Source: Verrucomicrobiota bacterium
GTDB taxonomy: Bacteria; Verrucomicrobiota; Verrucomicrobiia; Limisphaerales; SIBE01
Direction: 5' to 3'
NCBI GenBank assembly: GCA_016209525.1
Contig: JACQWK010000178.1
Coordinates: forward strand, 2,176-66,175
DNA length: 64,000 bases
Part shown: positions 29,694-38,503 of the stretch, in pieces
Layout of the letters: each line of letters starts with the position of its first letter
How positions within the stretch are numbered: position 1 is the stretch's first letter
Made by a program: the position numbers and the translations under genes
Notes under the pieces: generated by a model
Databases searched by the model: none
Told to the model about the DNA's origin: nothing
What the model saw: the letters and a program-made list of their open reading frames with translations, nothing else

Positions 29694-30491
29694 TCAATAG
29701 CGCAACGTTGCGTTGATCTGCGAACCGTGGACGACTTCATGGCAACCCGCCGTCCAGCACGTGCCGCTGCGCAGCAACGCGCTGTGCGGCATCCCGCCGA
29801 TGAGCACGCTGCTGTTGGCCTCCTGCACGTGGCACTTCAGACAAAGGTTGGCGTTGCGCGCGGTGAGCATCTTGGCGTTGACCGTTCCGTGTGCGTCGTG
29901 GCAGGTCGTGCAGCCCTCGCGCATCGCTTCGTGCTCGAAGGCGTAGGGACCGCGCTGTGCCGTGTGGCATTTGATGCAGGTTTCGTCGCGCGTGAGCAGG
30001 GATTTGTCGGCGGCGAATCTCGCGCCTCGGTGGGGGTTGTGGCAGTCCGAACAGGAAACCTTGCCGGCGAGCACCGGGTGCGCGTGTGGCAGGTTGAACT
30101 GACCGCGCTTGTCGAGATGGCAACCGAAGCAAGTCTCAGGGTCCTTGCGAGGGTTCAGAATGGTGTGATATGCCCCGCCGCTCTCGACGTGTTTGCTGCC
30201 CGGCCCGTGGCACGATTCACAGCCCGCTTCCAGCGCGCTCTTGCCCGGAGCTTTGAGGCGCGCGTGGTCGGCCGTAATGAATTCCTTGGTGATCCTCTCG
30301 TGGCAAGTCTCGCACTCCGCCGAGCCCAGGTAAGTCGCGCCGGGAATCTGCGGCGGGGCGACGATCAGGCGGTTGGCGGTGGCGCAACTGATCGCGATTA
30401 CCGCCAGCCCGATGACGCTGCTGAACAGCGCCAACCGGCGCGGACTCAGCCATCGCGGAAGCCGGGGGGAGAACGATGAAAAGGATTTCAT
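29694..30491 (-). CDS. Membrane-anchored multihaem c-type cytochrome (7 CxxCH plus one CxxxxCH)
   Basis: TM anchor 'LALFSSVIGLAVIAISCA'. Haem sites CETCH, CESCH, CFGCH, CSDCH, CIKCH, CTTCH, CLKCH and 'CWTAGCH'. Start set at the Met at 30491, downstream of the repeat. Confidence 0.85.
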   Translation of the reverse strand: MKSFSSFSPRLPRWLSPRRLALFSSVIGLAVIAISCATANRLIVAPPQIPGATYLGSAECETCHERITKEFITADHARLKAPGKSALEAGCESCHGPGSKHVESGGAYHTILNPRKDPETCFGCHLDKRGQFNLPHAHPVLAGKVSCSDCHNPHRGARFAADKSLLTRDETCIKCHTAQRGPYAFEHEAMREGCTTCHDAHGTVNAKMLTARNANLCLKCHVQEANSSVLIGGMPHSALLRSGTCWTAGCHEVVHGSQINATLRY

Positions 30492-30496
30492 AAAGC

Positions 30497-30632
30497 CCGT
30501 AGCGCAGACTTCCAGTCTGCCGTATCGCGGATTTTCACTCCGCATGAGCCGCCAGTCTCCCGCGTCGCGCGTTCTTCCAGCGTTCTGCCGACTGGAAGTC
30601 GGCGATACAGCAGGTTGGAAACCTGCGCTACA
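30497..30632. repeat. Hairpin-array repeat bridging two ORFs in frame
   Basis: 'gcagacttccagtctgc cgtatc gcggattttcactccgc ... gccgactggaagtcggc gataca gcaggttggaaacctgc'. Translated as 'GRLEVCAT / AGFQPAV' inside track ORF 29694-30854. Confidence 0.8.
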
Positions 30633-30854
30633 GGCTTCGGCCACGCGCCGGAAATTCTCCACCACCGCCGGAGTGAACCACTCGGCCAGCGCGGATTGGA
30701 AAGAATCGTCCTGCAAGTGCGCGAGGAACTCTGGACTGGGCGCTTCCAGGAACGCTGCGCTGAGGAAGCGATAAAGGTCGCGCCGGGCGGACGCCATCTC
30801 GGCAAGAGCTTGCACGGCGGAAGGGTCTGCGGTGCTGGGGAATCGCGTTTCCAC
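30633..30854 (-). pseudogene. TorD/DmsD-like redox-enzyme maturation chaperone, N-terminal ~73 aa only
   Basis: 'ASARRDLYRFLSAAFLEAPSPEFLAHL' is the typical TorD-family N-terminus. The ORF then runs into the repeat array instead of the remaining ~130 aa. Confidence 0.45.
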
Positions 30855-30863
30855 AGGCGCTCC

Positions 30864-31391
30864 TCAGCTCGGCATGACGAACTTGATGTTGGGTTTGGTC
30901 AGCGCCGGATCGTTGAAATCCGCCGGACGGGCTTCGGTCGTTCCGGTGAAATCCGGGACAAACGTGATCGCCCCGGTCAGACACGTGGCTTCACAGGCCG
31001 GCCGCAGCCCGACATCGAGCCGATGCACGCACATCGTGCATTTGCTGACCTTGCCCGTGTCCGTGTCAATCCGTGGCGCGCCGTAGGGACAGGCAAAGAC
31101 GCAATACCGGCAGCCAATGCACTTGTCCTGGTCGAACAACACCACGCCATCCGCCGCACGCTTGGTGATGGCGCCGACCGGACAGGATTTCAGGCAAGCC
31201 GGCTGGTCACAGTGGTTGCAGGCCAGCGAAATGAATTCCCGCTTCACGTTGGGGAAACCGCCGGATTCCCGCTCGACGACGTAGCGTCAATCAGTGCGCA
31301 GTGGCGTTCGGTTCTCGGCTTTGCAGGCAACGTAACAGGAGCGGCAGCCGATGCATTTCGTGACGTCGAAGATCCAACCAACTTTTGCCAT
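30864..31391 (-). pseudogene. 4Fe-4S dicluster subunit (DmsB/PsrB/NrfC type) with an in-frame TGA at 31287-31289
   Basis: From ATG 31391: 'MAKVGWIFDVTKCIGCRSCYVACKAENRTPLRTD', then TGA, then the same frame continues 'RYVVERESGGFPNVKREFISLACNHCDQPACLKSCP...CIGCRYCVFACP'. RBS 'GGAAAGGA' lies upstream. Confidence 0.8.
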
Positions 31392-31414
31392 AACTCGGGG
31401 TCCTTTCCTGTTCG

Positions 31415-34237
31415 CTAGATTTTCACAACCTGCACGCGGGTGTCGTAGAAAGCCGCGCTGCCGCCAATCTTGTCCTGGAGCGTCACGTTCGGAAGCTGTG
31501 GATCGGCGCGCATGATTGGCGCAGCCTGCAAGCCGGCCCCACGCGAAGGATCATACGCGGTTTGGGCGCCGTTGACCGTCTGCAGCCGGGAGGACATGGC
31601 CCAGTGGCCGAAGTGATGGGCGACGGCCACGACGCCGGGCGCGACCGTGCCGGTGACGCGCACCAGCCCTTCGATTCCCTGTGGCGCGGAAGCGGAGGTC
31701 ACCCGCGCCCGGTCCCCGGTGCGGAGGTTGAGTGGCGTCGCATCGGTCGGATTGATTTCGACAAAATTCTCCGCCTGGATGGACACCAGCCATGGATACC
31801 GGATGGTGTGCATTTGCGTGTGCCACGCCAGCTTGTAGGTGATGAGTTGCAGCGGAAACGCGGCGTCCAGTGTGTCCACCGGGTTGCCGAGCACGTCGGC
31901 GATCGGCTCGTATTTTCCAAGCCCGTCGAAGTATTGCCCCGTCATCGAATCGCGGGTGGAGGCCAGTCGTTCCGAGAAAAAGAACAGGCGCCCGCCAAAA
32001 CGCCGGCGCTGCTTCTCGCCTTCGTAGGCCTGCGTGTAATCTTCGAATCGTCCACCGCGGGCCAGGACGTGATCAACTCCCGGCCCGCCGTCCTGAGCGG
32101 CAAGATTGGTCATCGGCTTGCGCCAGTAATCCCACGCGTTGCGCAGGCCGGTTGGCAGACCCATGGCGTGGGCGATGCCGAGCAGGATGTCCTCCAGGGT
32201 CTTGGTATTGGGCAGCACGCCCGTGTAGTCGCCGGTCGCTGGATCGACAGAGCCCACGACGGGCTGACGCACGCCACTGTTCTTAGTGATGACCGTTGAG
32301 GGCAAGCCCACGGTGGTCCAACGCTCGAAATAAGTCGTGTCGGGCAGGACGTAGTCGGCCCACTCCGTGGCCTCGCCCATCGCAATGTCAATCGCCACGA
32401 CCAGCGGAAGCTTGTATTCGTCGCCGACCTTCGCGCTCATCACTCGTTCGTAAGCCGCGCGCGCCGCCGGCGTTGAATACGGAATGCCGTTCCAATAGAG
32501 AATGAGCGCCTTGACCGGGTAGGGGTATTCATCCTCGATGCTGGGGATGAGTTCCTGGTAATTGTTGTAGAAGGCCAGTGGGAACCACGGTCGCCTGGCC
32601 GGATAGCCCCCGCTCCCAAACTCGGCACTGTCTTCGTACTTGGAACCCGCCCGAGTGATTTGCACGCCGCTGGCAGTAACGCCGCCGCCCGGCACCGCGT
32701 TCGGGTCAAACGGCGCGCCCGTGTAAGAGTCGGCCCAGCCACCGCCGCCGAAAGCCGTGCCGCCTTTCCAATTCGGGTTGCCGACCAGCAGGTTCAGGTC
32801 GAGGATCGCCAAAGCCGCATAAGTCCCGTTCGTGTGCTGCACCGAACCGCGATACATGGTGACACAGCCGCGTCGTCCCGCCGCCGCAAGCTCGTTGCCC
32901 AATTTTTGAAGAGTGGCCACCGGCACACCGCAGATGGCCGAGTATTGCTCAAGGGTCTTTTCGCGCACGCGCTCGACATAAAGCTCGAAGGCCGTCTTGC
33001 AGGTGAAACCATTGACGGTGACGGCGCCTGGGAGCAGGTCTGCCGTGTCCACGGTGTTGAATTTCACCGCCGCGCCGCTCGACCAGACGACGAAGTCGCT
33101 GGCGGCGCCGCCAGCGATCCCGGCCTCGCTGGCCCGCAGGAAAGCCAGCGGATGCCCGTTCACAATTTTCACGAGAAACGTCGCGTCGGTGACGTTCAAC
33201 TCACCCGTGGGATTAGCCGCTGCATCGTGGGGCCGGGGCAGGAAGGCAGCCTTGTAGAGGTTGTTGTCCACGATATGGCGGCCCATGGCCAGCGCCACAG
33301 CGGCATCCGCGCCCAGCTTGACCGGAATCCACGTTCCCTTGGACGCGGCCACGTTACAGCGCGGGTCCACCAAGTAAAGCTTGCCGCCGCGTTGGACGAA
33401 TTCGATGGTCTTGCGGGCGATGGCCGTGAACGGGAAGTTGGCGGAACACGGGTCTGACCCGAACCAGAGGACCCACTCGGCCGCGGCCAGGTCCGGTTCA
33501 GTGAAGTTCTTGCTGCCCTGAATCCCCGAGCCGGTGAACAAGTCATGGGCAACGTGCCGGCTCTCTTCGCAGATGCTCGTGTGATCAATTTTGGCGTTGA
33601 TGGTGCCGAAGACTTTTTTCCAAAACAAATCCGTGAACGCGGCCTGCTGGTTGCGCCCGGGAGAAAACACGACCTGGTTGACCTTCTTGCCCAGTTCCGG
33701 CGCCTTCGGATCCATCGGCGTCGTCAGGTCGCGATACTGGCTGAGTTTGGCGGCGATCTCCGAAAACGCCTGGTCCCAACTGATGGCCTCCCACTGGCCG
33801 GCGCCGCGCGGCCCGACTCGCTTGAGCGGCTGCTTGAGCCGATACGGATCGTAGAGAGATTGGATGCCGCCAAGCCCTTTGGCGCACAACCTGGCCGTGG
33901 TGGTTCCGGCGGCGACGGAGTCTGTGGTGTAAGGCAGGTGCTGCTCCAGGTTGGCCGGGTTGTACGGGTTGCCCTCGATTTTCACCAGCACGCCGTCCAC
34001 GATTTTGCATTTGATGCCACACCGTCCCTGACAGCCCTGGCAAACGCTGTACTTGATTTCAACGCGCGGGTTGGTCTCGACCAGCACGGGATTGCCAAAG
34101 TTGGCGGCCTTGGCTTCGTCCACGCGGAAAAACGCGCCGGCAAAAGCCGTGCCCGCCGCCAGCCCGGAGGTCATTTTCAGAAAAGATCGCCGGCTGACAC
34201 TCTGTTCGAGGAGAGTCGCAGATGGTTCCATTCTCAT
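31415..34237 (-). CDS. Tat-exported molybdopterin (DMSO-reductase superfamily) oxidoreductase catalytic subunit
   Basis: Twin-arginine 'SRRSFLKMTSGLAAGTAFA'. N-terminal FeS0 motif 'CQGCQGRCGIKC'. 940 aa. Substrate not assignable by eye. Confidence 0.85.
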   Translation of the reverse strand: MRMEPSATLLEQSVSRRSFLKMTSGLAAGTAFAGAFFRVDEAKAANFGNPVLVETNPRVEIKYSVCQGCQGRCGIKCKIVDGVLVKIEGNPYNPANLEQHLPYTTDSVAAGTTTARLCAKGLGGIQSLYDPYRLKQPLKRVGPRGAGQWEAISWDQAFSEIAAKLSQYRDLTTPMDPKAPELGKKVNQVVFSPGRNQQAAFTDLFWKKVFGTINAKIDHTSICEESRHVAHDLFTGSGIQGSKNFTEPDLAAAEWVLWFGSDPCSANFPFTAIARKTIEFVQRGGKLYLVDPRCNVAASKGTWIPVKLGADAAVALAMGRHIVDNNLYKAAFLPRPHDAAANPTGELNVTDATFLVKIVNGHPLAFLRASEAGIAGGAASDFVVWSSGAAVKFNTVDTADLLPGAVTVNGFTCKTAFELYVERVREKTLEQYSAICGVPVATLQKLGNELAAAGRRGCVTMYRGSVQHTNGTYAALAILDLNLLVGNPNWKGGTAFGGGGWADSYTGAPFDPNAVPGGGVTASGVQITRAGSKYEDSAEFGSGGYPARRPWFPLAFYNNYQELIPSIEDEYPYPVKALILYWNGIPYSTPAARAAYERVMSAKVGDEYKLPLVVAIDIAMGEATEWADYVLPDTTYFERWTTVGLPSTVITKNSGVRQPVVGSVDPATGDYTGVLPNTKTLEDILLGIAHAMGLPTGLRNAWDYWRKPMTNLAAQDGGPGVDHVLARGGRFEDYTQAYEGEKQRRRFGGRLFFFSERLASTRDSMTGQYFDGLGKYEPIADVLGNPVDTLDAAFPLQLITYKLAWHTQMHTIRYPWLVSIQAENFVEINPTDATPLNLRTGDRARVTSASAPQGIEGLVRVTGTVAPGVVAVAHHFGHWAMSSRLQTVNGAQTAYDPSRGAGLQAAPIMRADPQLPNVTLQDKIGGSAAFYDTRVQVVKI

Positions 34238-34288
34238 AACACTGTTTGGCTTTCTGATGACGAACGCGTTCAGGGCTTGTCGGTTGAT

Positions 34289-34948
34289 TCAATACCGGTC
34301 GTAGAGCGGCTTGAAGCCGCCCTTGGCGTGGCAGGCCGCGCAGTTGTTGACCTCGTAATTCACCTGCTTGCGCAGCGATCCGGCCGAGTACGTGAGAAAA
34401 TCAGGCCCGGTGTACTTCGGCCCGTTGTAGTGGCAAGTGATGCAGCGGTCATTTCCCTGTCCGTAAAAACTCAGCATGATACTGTGCGCCGTGGGCGTCT
34501 TTCCGTCCAAAGCGCGCTCTTGTGTTTTCGTGCCGTGGCAGGCGATGCAGTTCCGAAAAAACTTGTCCGACTGCGGATCATGCCAGGCAATCAGCGTCAG
34601 GGAAATGGTCTTGAGCGGAATGGGCGCTGTACCCACGCCACCTGTCGTGACCACCCGCAGAAAGCCTTTGCCCGGGCTCATCGAAATCACGCCCGACCAA
34701 TTCGTCCCGCTGATCGGCCACACGACTCCGGACAACGGCTGCCAGACCGGGGCGGTCACGTCCGCAGTGAATTGGACCACGATATCACGGTCCGCCCCCT
34801 GCCATTGCAGCGAGGCCGTGCCGTCCTTGTTCAACACGAGGCTGGTGATCTTGAAGGGCGTTCCCACGTCTGCGGGGATTGACGGAACGGACATCCAAGC
34901 CGCCGCCACTAACACAGGCAGCATCGCGCCCCATCGGGAGGGATTCAT
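34289..34948 (-). CDS. Secreted trihaem c-type cytochrome with N-terminal beta-sandwich domain
   Basis: Signal peptide 'MNPSRWGAMLPVLVAAAWMS'. Haem sites CIACH, CITCH, CAACH. Confidence 0.75.
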   Translation of the reverse strand: MNPSRWGAMLPVLVAAAWMSVPSIPADVGTPFKITSLVLNKDGTASLQWQGADRDIVVQFTADVTAPVWQPLSGVVWPISGTNWSGVISMSPGKGFLRVVTTGGVGTAPIPLKTISLTLIAWHDPQSDKFFRNCIACHGTKTQERALDGKTPTAHSIMLSFYGQGNDRCITCHYNGPKYTGPDFLTYSAGSLRKQVNYEVNNCAACHAKGGFKPLYDRY

Positions 34949-34962
34949 TGCTGGGCAGGTTC

Positions 34963-35475
34963 TCATAATCTTAATTCCGGGTTTGGATTCTCGCGCAAAG
35001 AAGGATTCGGTACATTCGCGGGTGGCCGGCCTCGCGCGCCGCAAGAACTCTCTGTCCGAAAACCGCCGGCCCACCTGGACGCTATGACCGCAGCCAGGGT
35101 CGTTCGACAAAGTTCCTCGCTGACTTCGCGGCGGATGCGCTGCCAGAATTTGTGCGTGGGACAGGAGGAAGGTTCACCGCAGTTGTCCAGCCCCAGCAGG
35201 CAGCGGCTCATCCACTCCTCGCCTTCCACCGCGACGACGATCTCCAGCACTGAAATGGCTCCCGCTGGTCGCACGAGACCGATGCCACCGCGATACCCGC
35301 GTTTGGTGGTCACCAGGCCCGCACGGGAAAGACAGTTGATGATTTTGGCGAGCTAAGGCCGGGGCACGCCGGCGCACCGGGCGATGTCGCTGATGTGACG
35401 CGGCACGCAGTCGCCGCTTTCCAGGCAACTCATGGCCTTGATCGCGTAGCTGGTTGTAATGGAGAGCGACAGCAT
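34963..35475 (-). pseudogene. Rrf2 (IscR/NsrR) family regulator with an in-frame TAG at 35353-35355
   Basis: From ATG 35475: 'MLSLSITTSYAIKAMSCLESGDCVPRHISDIARCAGVPRP', then TAG, then the same frame continues 'LAKIINCLSRAGLVTTKRGYRGGIGL...'. Three-Cys cluster region 'CLLGLDNCGEPSSCP'. Confidence 0.8.
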
Positions 35476-35771
35476 AGTCTTCTAACCGTCGCCAGTTAAG
35501 AGGACAAACCTGTCCACAAGGAAGATGACACACCCATCCTCAAAGGCGGAATACACGTGGATTGCTTTTCTTTTGACGTTTATTGCCTCACGAAAACGGG
35601 TCACCGACACGGCCGTACAAGCCTCGATCAATGCTCGTGCTTTGTGCCCATGAACCGCCGCCTATTTGGAGTGCGGCCTTCAGGCTGCTTCAACGCCGAC
35701 TTCGAAAATGACCGTCGAAGCGGCCTGGAGGCCGCGCTCCTCGATCGGTTTGGAAAAGCAAAGAGCCATTT

Positions 35772-35910
35772 TTGCGCGACGGTGATTTTCCTCGCGTGCT
35801 CGTTGTCACGCTGCCCGAAGCCACGCCGTTTCACGAAGCCGAGGCGCTGCAAGATGACTTGCGTCGGGCGCAAATCGAACCTTTCGCATGGGTCATTAGT
35901 CGTATCCGTT
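35772..35910 (+). pseudogene. Relic of an ArsA/GET3-type ATPase (C-terminal ~45 aa)
   Basis: 'PRVLVVTLPEATPFHEAEALQDDLRRAQIEPFAWVI' matches the ArsA 'VLVTLPETTPVLEAANLQADLERAGI.PW.WIIN' segment recalled from memory. No Walker A or remainder of the gene is present. Confidence 0.5.
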
Positions 35911-36059
35911 CAGTTCAACCGCTAATCCACGCCAATAAACGCCAATGCAATCAGGTGTTTCGGAGCAATTGGCTCAGGTGGGTGCTGTTCATTTCGTTGG
36001 CTGGGTGTCTGTAACTCTTTGGCCATTCGCGGCTCAGTTCGCTCTAGAGACAAGACTGA

Positions 36060-37730
36060 ATGAAAACGAAACAAATTGTCATTGTCGGCGGCGTCGCCGG
36101 CGGCGCGAGCGCGGCCGCGCGTGCGCGACGGCTCTGTGAGGACTGCGAGATTATCATCTTCGAACGCGGGCCCCACGTTTCGTTCGCCAACTGCGGCCTC
36201 CCGTATTTCGTCGGCGGCGAAATCGTCGAACAGGATTCGTTGCTGCTGCAAACGCCCGGAACACTCCGTGCCCGTTTCAACCTGGACGTGCGCGTGAGCA
36301 CCGAGGTCGTGGCCATTGACCGCGCGCGGCGGGTGGTGAAGGCGCGCGACATTGCGACTGGCCGCGAATACGACCAGGCTTACGATGCGCTCGTTCTGTC
36401 CACGGGTGCGTCGCCTTTCAAGCCGCCGATTCCCGGCATTGACCGCCCGAATCATTTCACCGTGCGAAACATCCCCGATGTCGAAAGGATCATGGCGTGG
36501 TCGAAGGGCTGCGAGCGTTGCCGGGCCGTTGTTGTTGGCGGCGGCTATATCGGCCTGGAAATGGCCGAGCAACTGCGCCGCCGCGATTTCAGTGTCACAC
36601 TCGTGGAAGCGTTGCCGCAAGTCATGATGCCGTTGGACCCGGAGATGGCTGCCTGGCTGCACCAGGAGCTTCGAGCGAATGGCGTGGCGCTGCATTTGAA
36701 CGATCCGGTCGTTGCGTTTGAAGCGCCAACACCCACCGAACCGACCCGCGCCTCGATTGTAGTTCTGAAGAGCGGACAGCGGTTGCCGGCTGATTCCGTC
36801 ATACTGGGGCTCGGTGTGAAACCCGAAGTCGGCCTCGCCCGCGCCGCCGGACTCGAGATCGGAGAACGCGGTGGTATCCGCGTGAACGAACACTTGCAGA
36901 CGAGTGATCCGCAAATTTGGGCCGTGGGCGATGCGATTGAAGTCCGCGACGCGGTGACTGCGCAGTGGGCGCTCATCCCGCTCGCAGGTCCGGCGAACCG
37001 TCAAGGACGCATCGCCGCCGACAACATCTTTGGTCGCCCGTCCCGATACACCGGCACCTTCGGCACGGCGGTTCTCCGGCTGTTCCAGTTGACCGCGGGT
37101 TGCACGGGCGCAAATGAAAAGGGCTTGCGGAAGGCGGGTATTCCATTCCAGGCGCTTCATCTTCATCCCGGTTCGCACGCGGGCTACTATCCCGGCGCTG
37201 AGCCCATCGCGATGAAAATTCTGTTCGCGACCGACACCGGCAAATTGCTCGGCGCACAAGCTGTCGGCCGTGATGGCGTGGACAAGCGGATCGACGTTCT
37301 GGCGACGGCGTTGAAAGCGGGCATGACGGTGAATGATCTGGCGGAACTGGAGTTGGCCTACGCGCCGCCATTCGGCTCAGCCAAAGACCCGGTGAATCTC
37401 GCCGGCATGGCTGCGCAGAATGTGCTGGCCGGCGACGTGAATCTGACGCAGTGGCACGAGGTCGCCTCCCTCGATCCGAACCGGGCCGTGCTGCTCGACG
37501 TGCGCCGGCAGGACGAACGAGCGAAGGGCTTCATCCCGGGGTCGATTCACATTCCGCTCGATGAAATCCGCGCGCGCATGAACGAACTCCCCCGAGACAA
37601 GGAGATCGTCGTGAGTTGCCAAAGCGGTCAACGATCCTATTTCGCCTGCCGGATTTTCACGCAGCACGGGTTTCGCGTGCGCAACCTGACCGGCTCATGG
37701 CGCACCTGGCGCACGGCAAATTCCGGTTAA
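36060..37730 (+). CDS. CoA-disulfide reductase / NADH oxidase family flavoprotein fused to a rhodanese domain
   Basis: FAD motif 'IVIVGGVAGGASAA'. Redox Cys 'SFANCGLPY'. C-terminal rhodanese loop 'VSCQSGQRS'. Confidence 0.9.
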   Translation: MKTKQIVIVGGVAGGASAAARARRLCEDCEIIIFERGPHVSFANCGLPYFVGGEIVEQDSLLLQTPGTLRARFNLDVRVSTEVVAIDRARRVVKARDIATGREYDQAYDALVLSTGASPFKPPIPGIDRPNHFTVRNIPDVERIMAWSKGCERCRAVVVGGGYIGLEMAEQLRRRDFSVTLVEALPQVMMPLDPEMAAWLHQELRANGVALHLNDPVVAFEAPTPTEPTRASIVVLKSGQRLPADSVILGLGVKPEVGLARAAGLEIGERGGIRVNEHLQTSDPQIWAVGDAIEVRDAVTAQWALIPLAGPANRQGRIAADNIFGRPSRYTGTFGTAVLRLFQLTAGCTGANEKGLRKAGIPFQALHLHPGSHAGYYPGAEPIAMKILFATDTGKLLGAQAVGRDGVDKRIDVLATALKAGMTVNDLAELELAYAPPFGSAKDPVNLAGMAAQNVLAGDVNLTQWHEVASLDPNRAVLLDVRRQDERAKGFIPGSIHIPLDEIRARMNELPRDKEIVVSCQSGQRSYFACRIFTQHGFRVRNLTGSWRTWRTANSG

Positions 37731-37879
37731 GATCAGCTCGGAGAATCAGACGTTGGCGGGGTTCGGTCACTGCCAGGCTGGAAATCGGCTGCGCGCAAGC
37801 GCGGCGAAGACCTCGGCACGCTGGTCAACAAGCTCCTGAAACACGAAATCGAGCTGGCAGAAGCGCTGCTTTAGCCTGC

Positions 37880-38078
37880 ATATTTCACACGAAATGAGAG
37901 GCAGGGACGCCGCGCCGCGGCGCCCCCGCGCCGTGCAGGCGCGGAACCCTTCTGAACGGGAGCGGAGACTCCTGTGCCGACACGTCGCTCTGTTCCGCCG
38001 CTGCACGCGGCGTGGACGGCGCGGGCGCGCCGTCCCTACCTTTAAAATGCGTCTCCGGAAAAAGCAGGTGTGAAATAT
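37880..38078. mobile_element. MITE-like palindromic element (~199 bp) with 11-bp perfect terminal inverted repeats
   Basis: TIRs 'atatttcacac' (37880-37890) and 'gtgtgaaatat' (38068-38078). Internal arms 'gcagggacgccgcgccgcggcgcc' and 'ggcgcgggcgcgccgtccctac'. A half copy lies at 1527-1600. Confidence 0.7.
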
Positions 38079-38103
38079 CCGGGTTAGAAACCTGGCCCAG
38101 CGC

Positions 38104-38424
38104 ATGAAGAAACTGCTGAAAGCCGCCGAGAACCTCTATCGGCGCCGCGACATCAGCCGCCGTTTCGCCAGCGACCACGGCGGCGCCATCCCGCGACGTT
38201 GCTCGAAATCTGCAATCCACAATCTGAAATCTGCCATCTCAAATCAAGCGGAGCGTGGTGGGTCCGCCTTCCGCTTCGTGGACGAACTCCCAGCCAAAGA
38301 ACTCGCCACGCTCTGGAGCCGACTGCACTCGGACGGTTTGCCGATGGAGGTAAATCGGCGCCAGCGGGAGTTGGTGCGGATGGTCATCCCCAACAGCGAC
38401 TGGGAAAGGACGAGTCGGAAATGA
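38104..38424 (+). pseudogene. Internally deleted remnant of a beta-class DNA methyltransferase 3' region (paralogue of 40587-41195)
   Basis: 38147-38192 approximately matches 40679-40724 ('DISRRFASD.GGAIP'). 38262-38375 approximately matches 41033-41146 ('SAFRFVDELPAKELATLWSRLHSD'). The catalytic core between them is replaced by an 'aatctg...aaatc' low-complexity repeat. Confidence 0.7.
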
Positions 38425-38503
38425 ACTCCCTCGGCGTCCTCTTTCCAAAAGCAGCGTGACAGCCTAACTTCTGACGACTAGCCTTCGTCTCGGAGTTCGG
38501 AAC

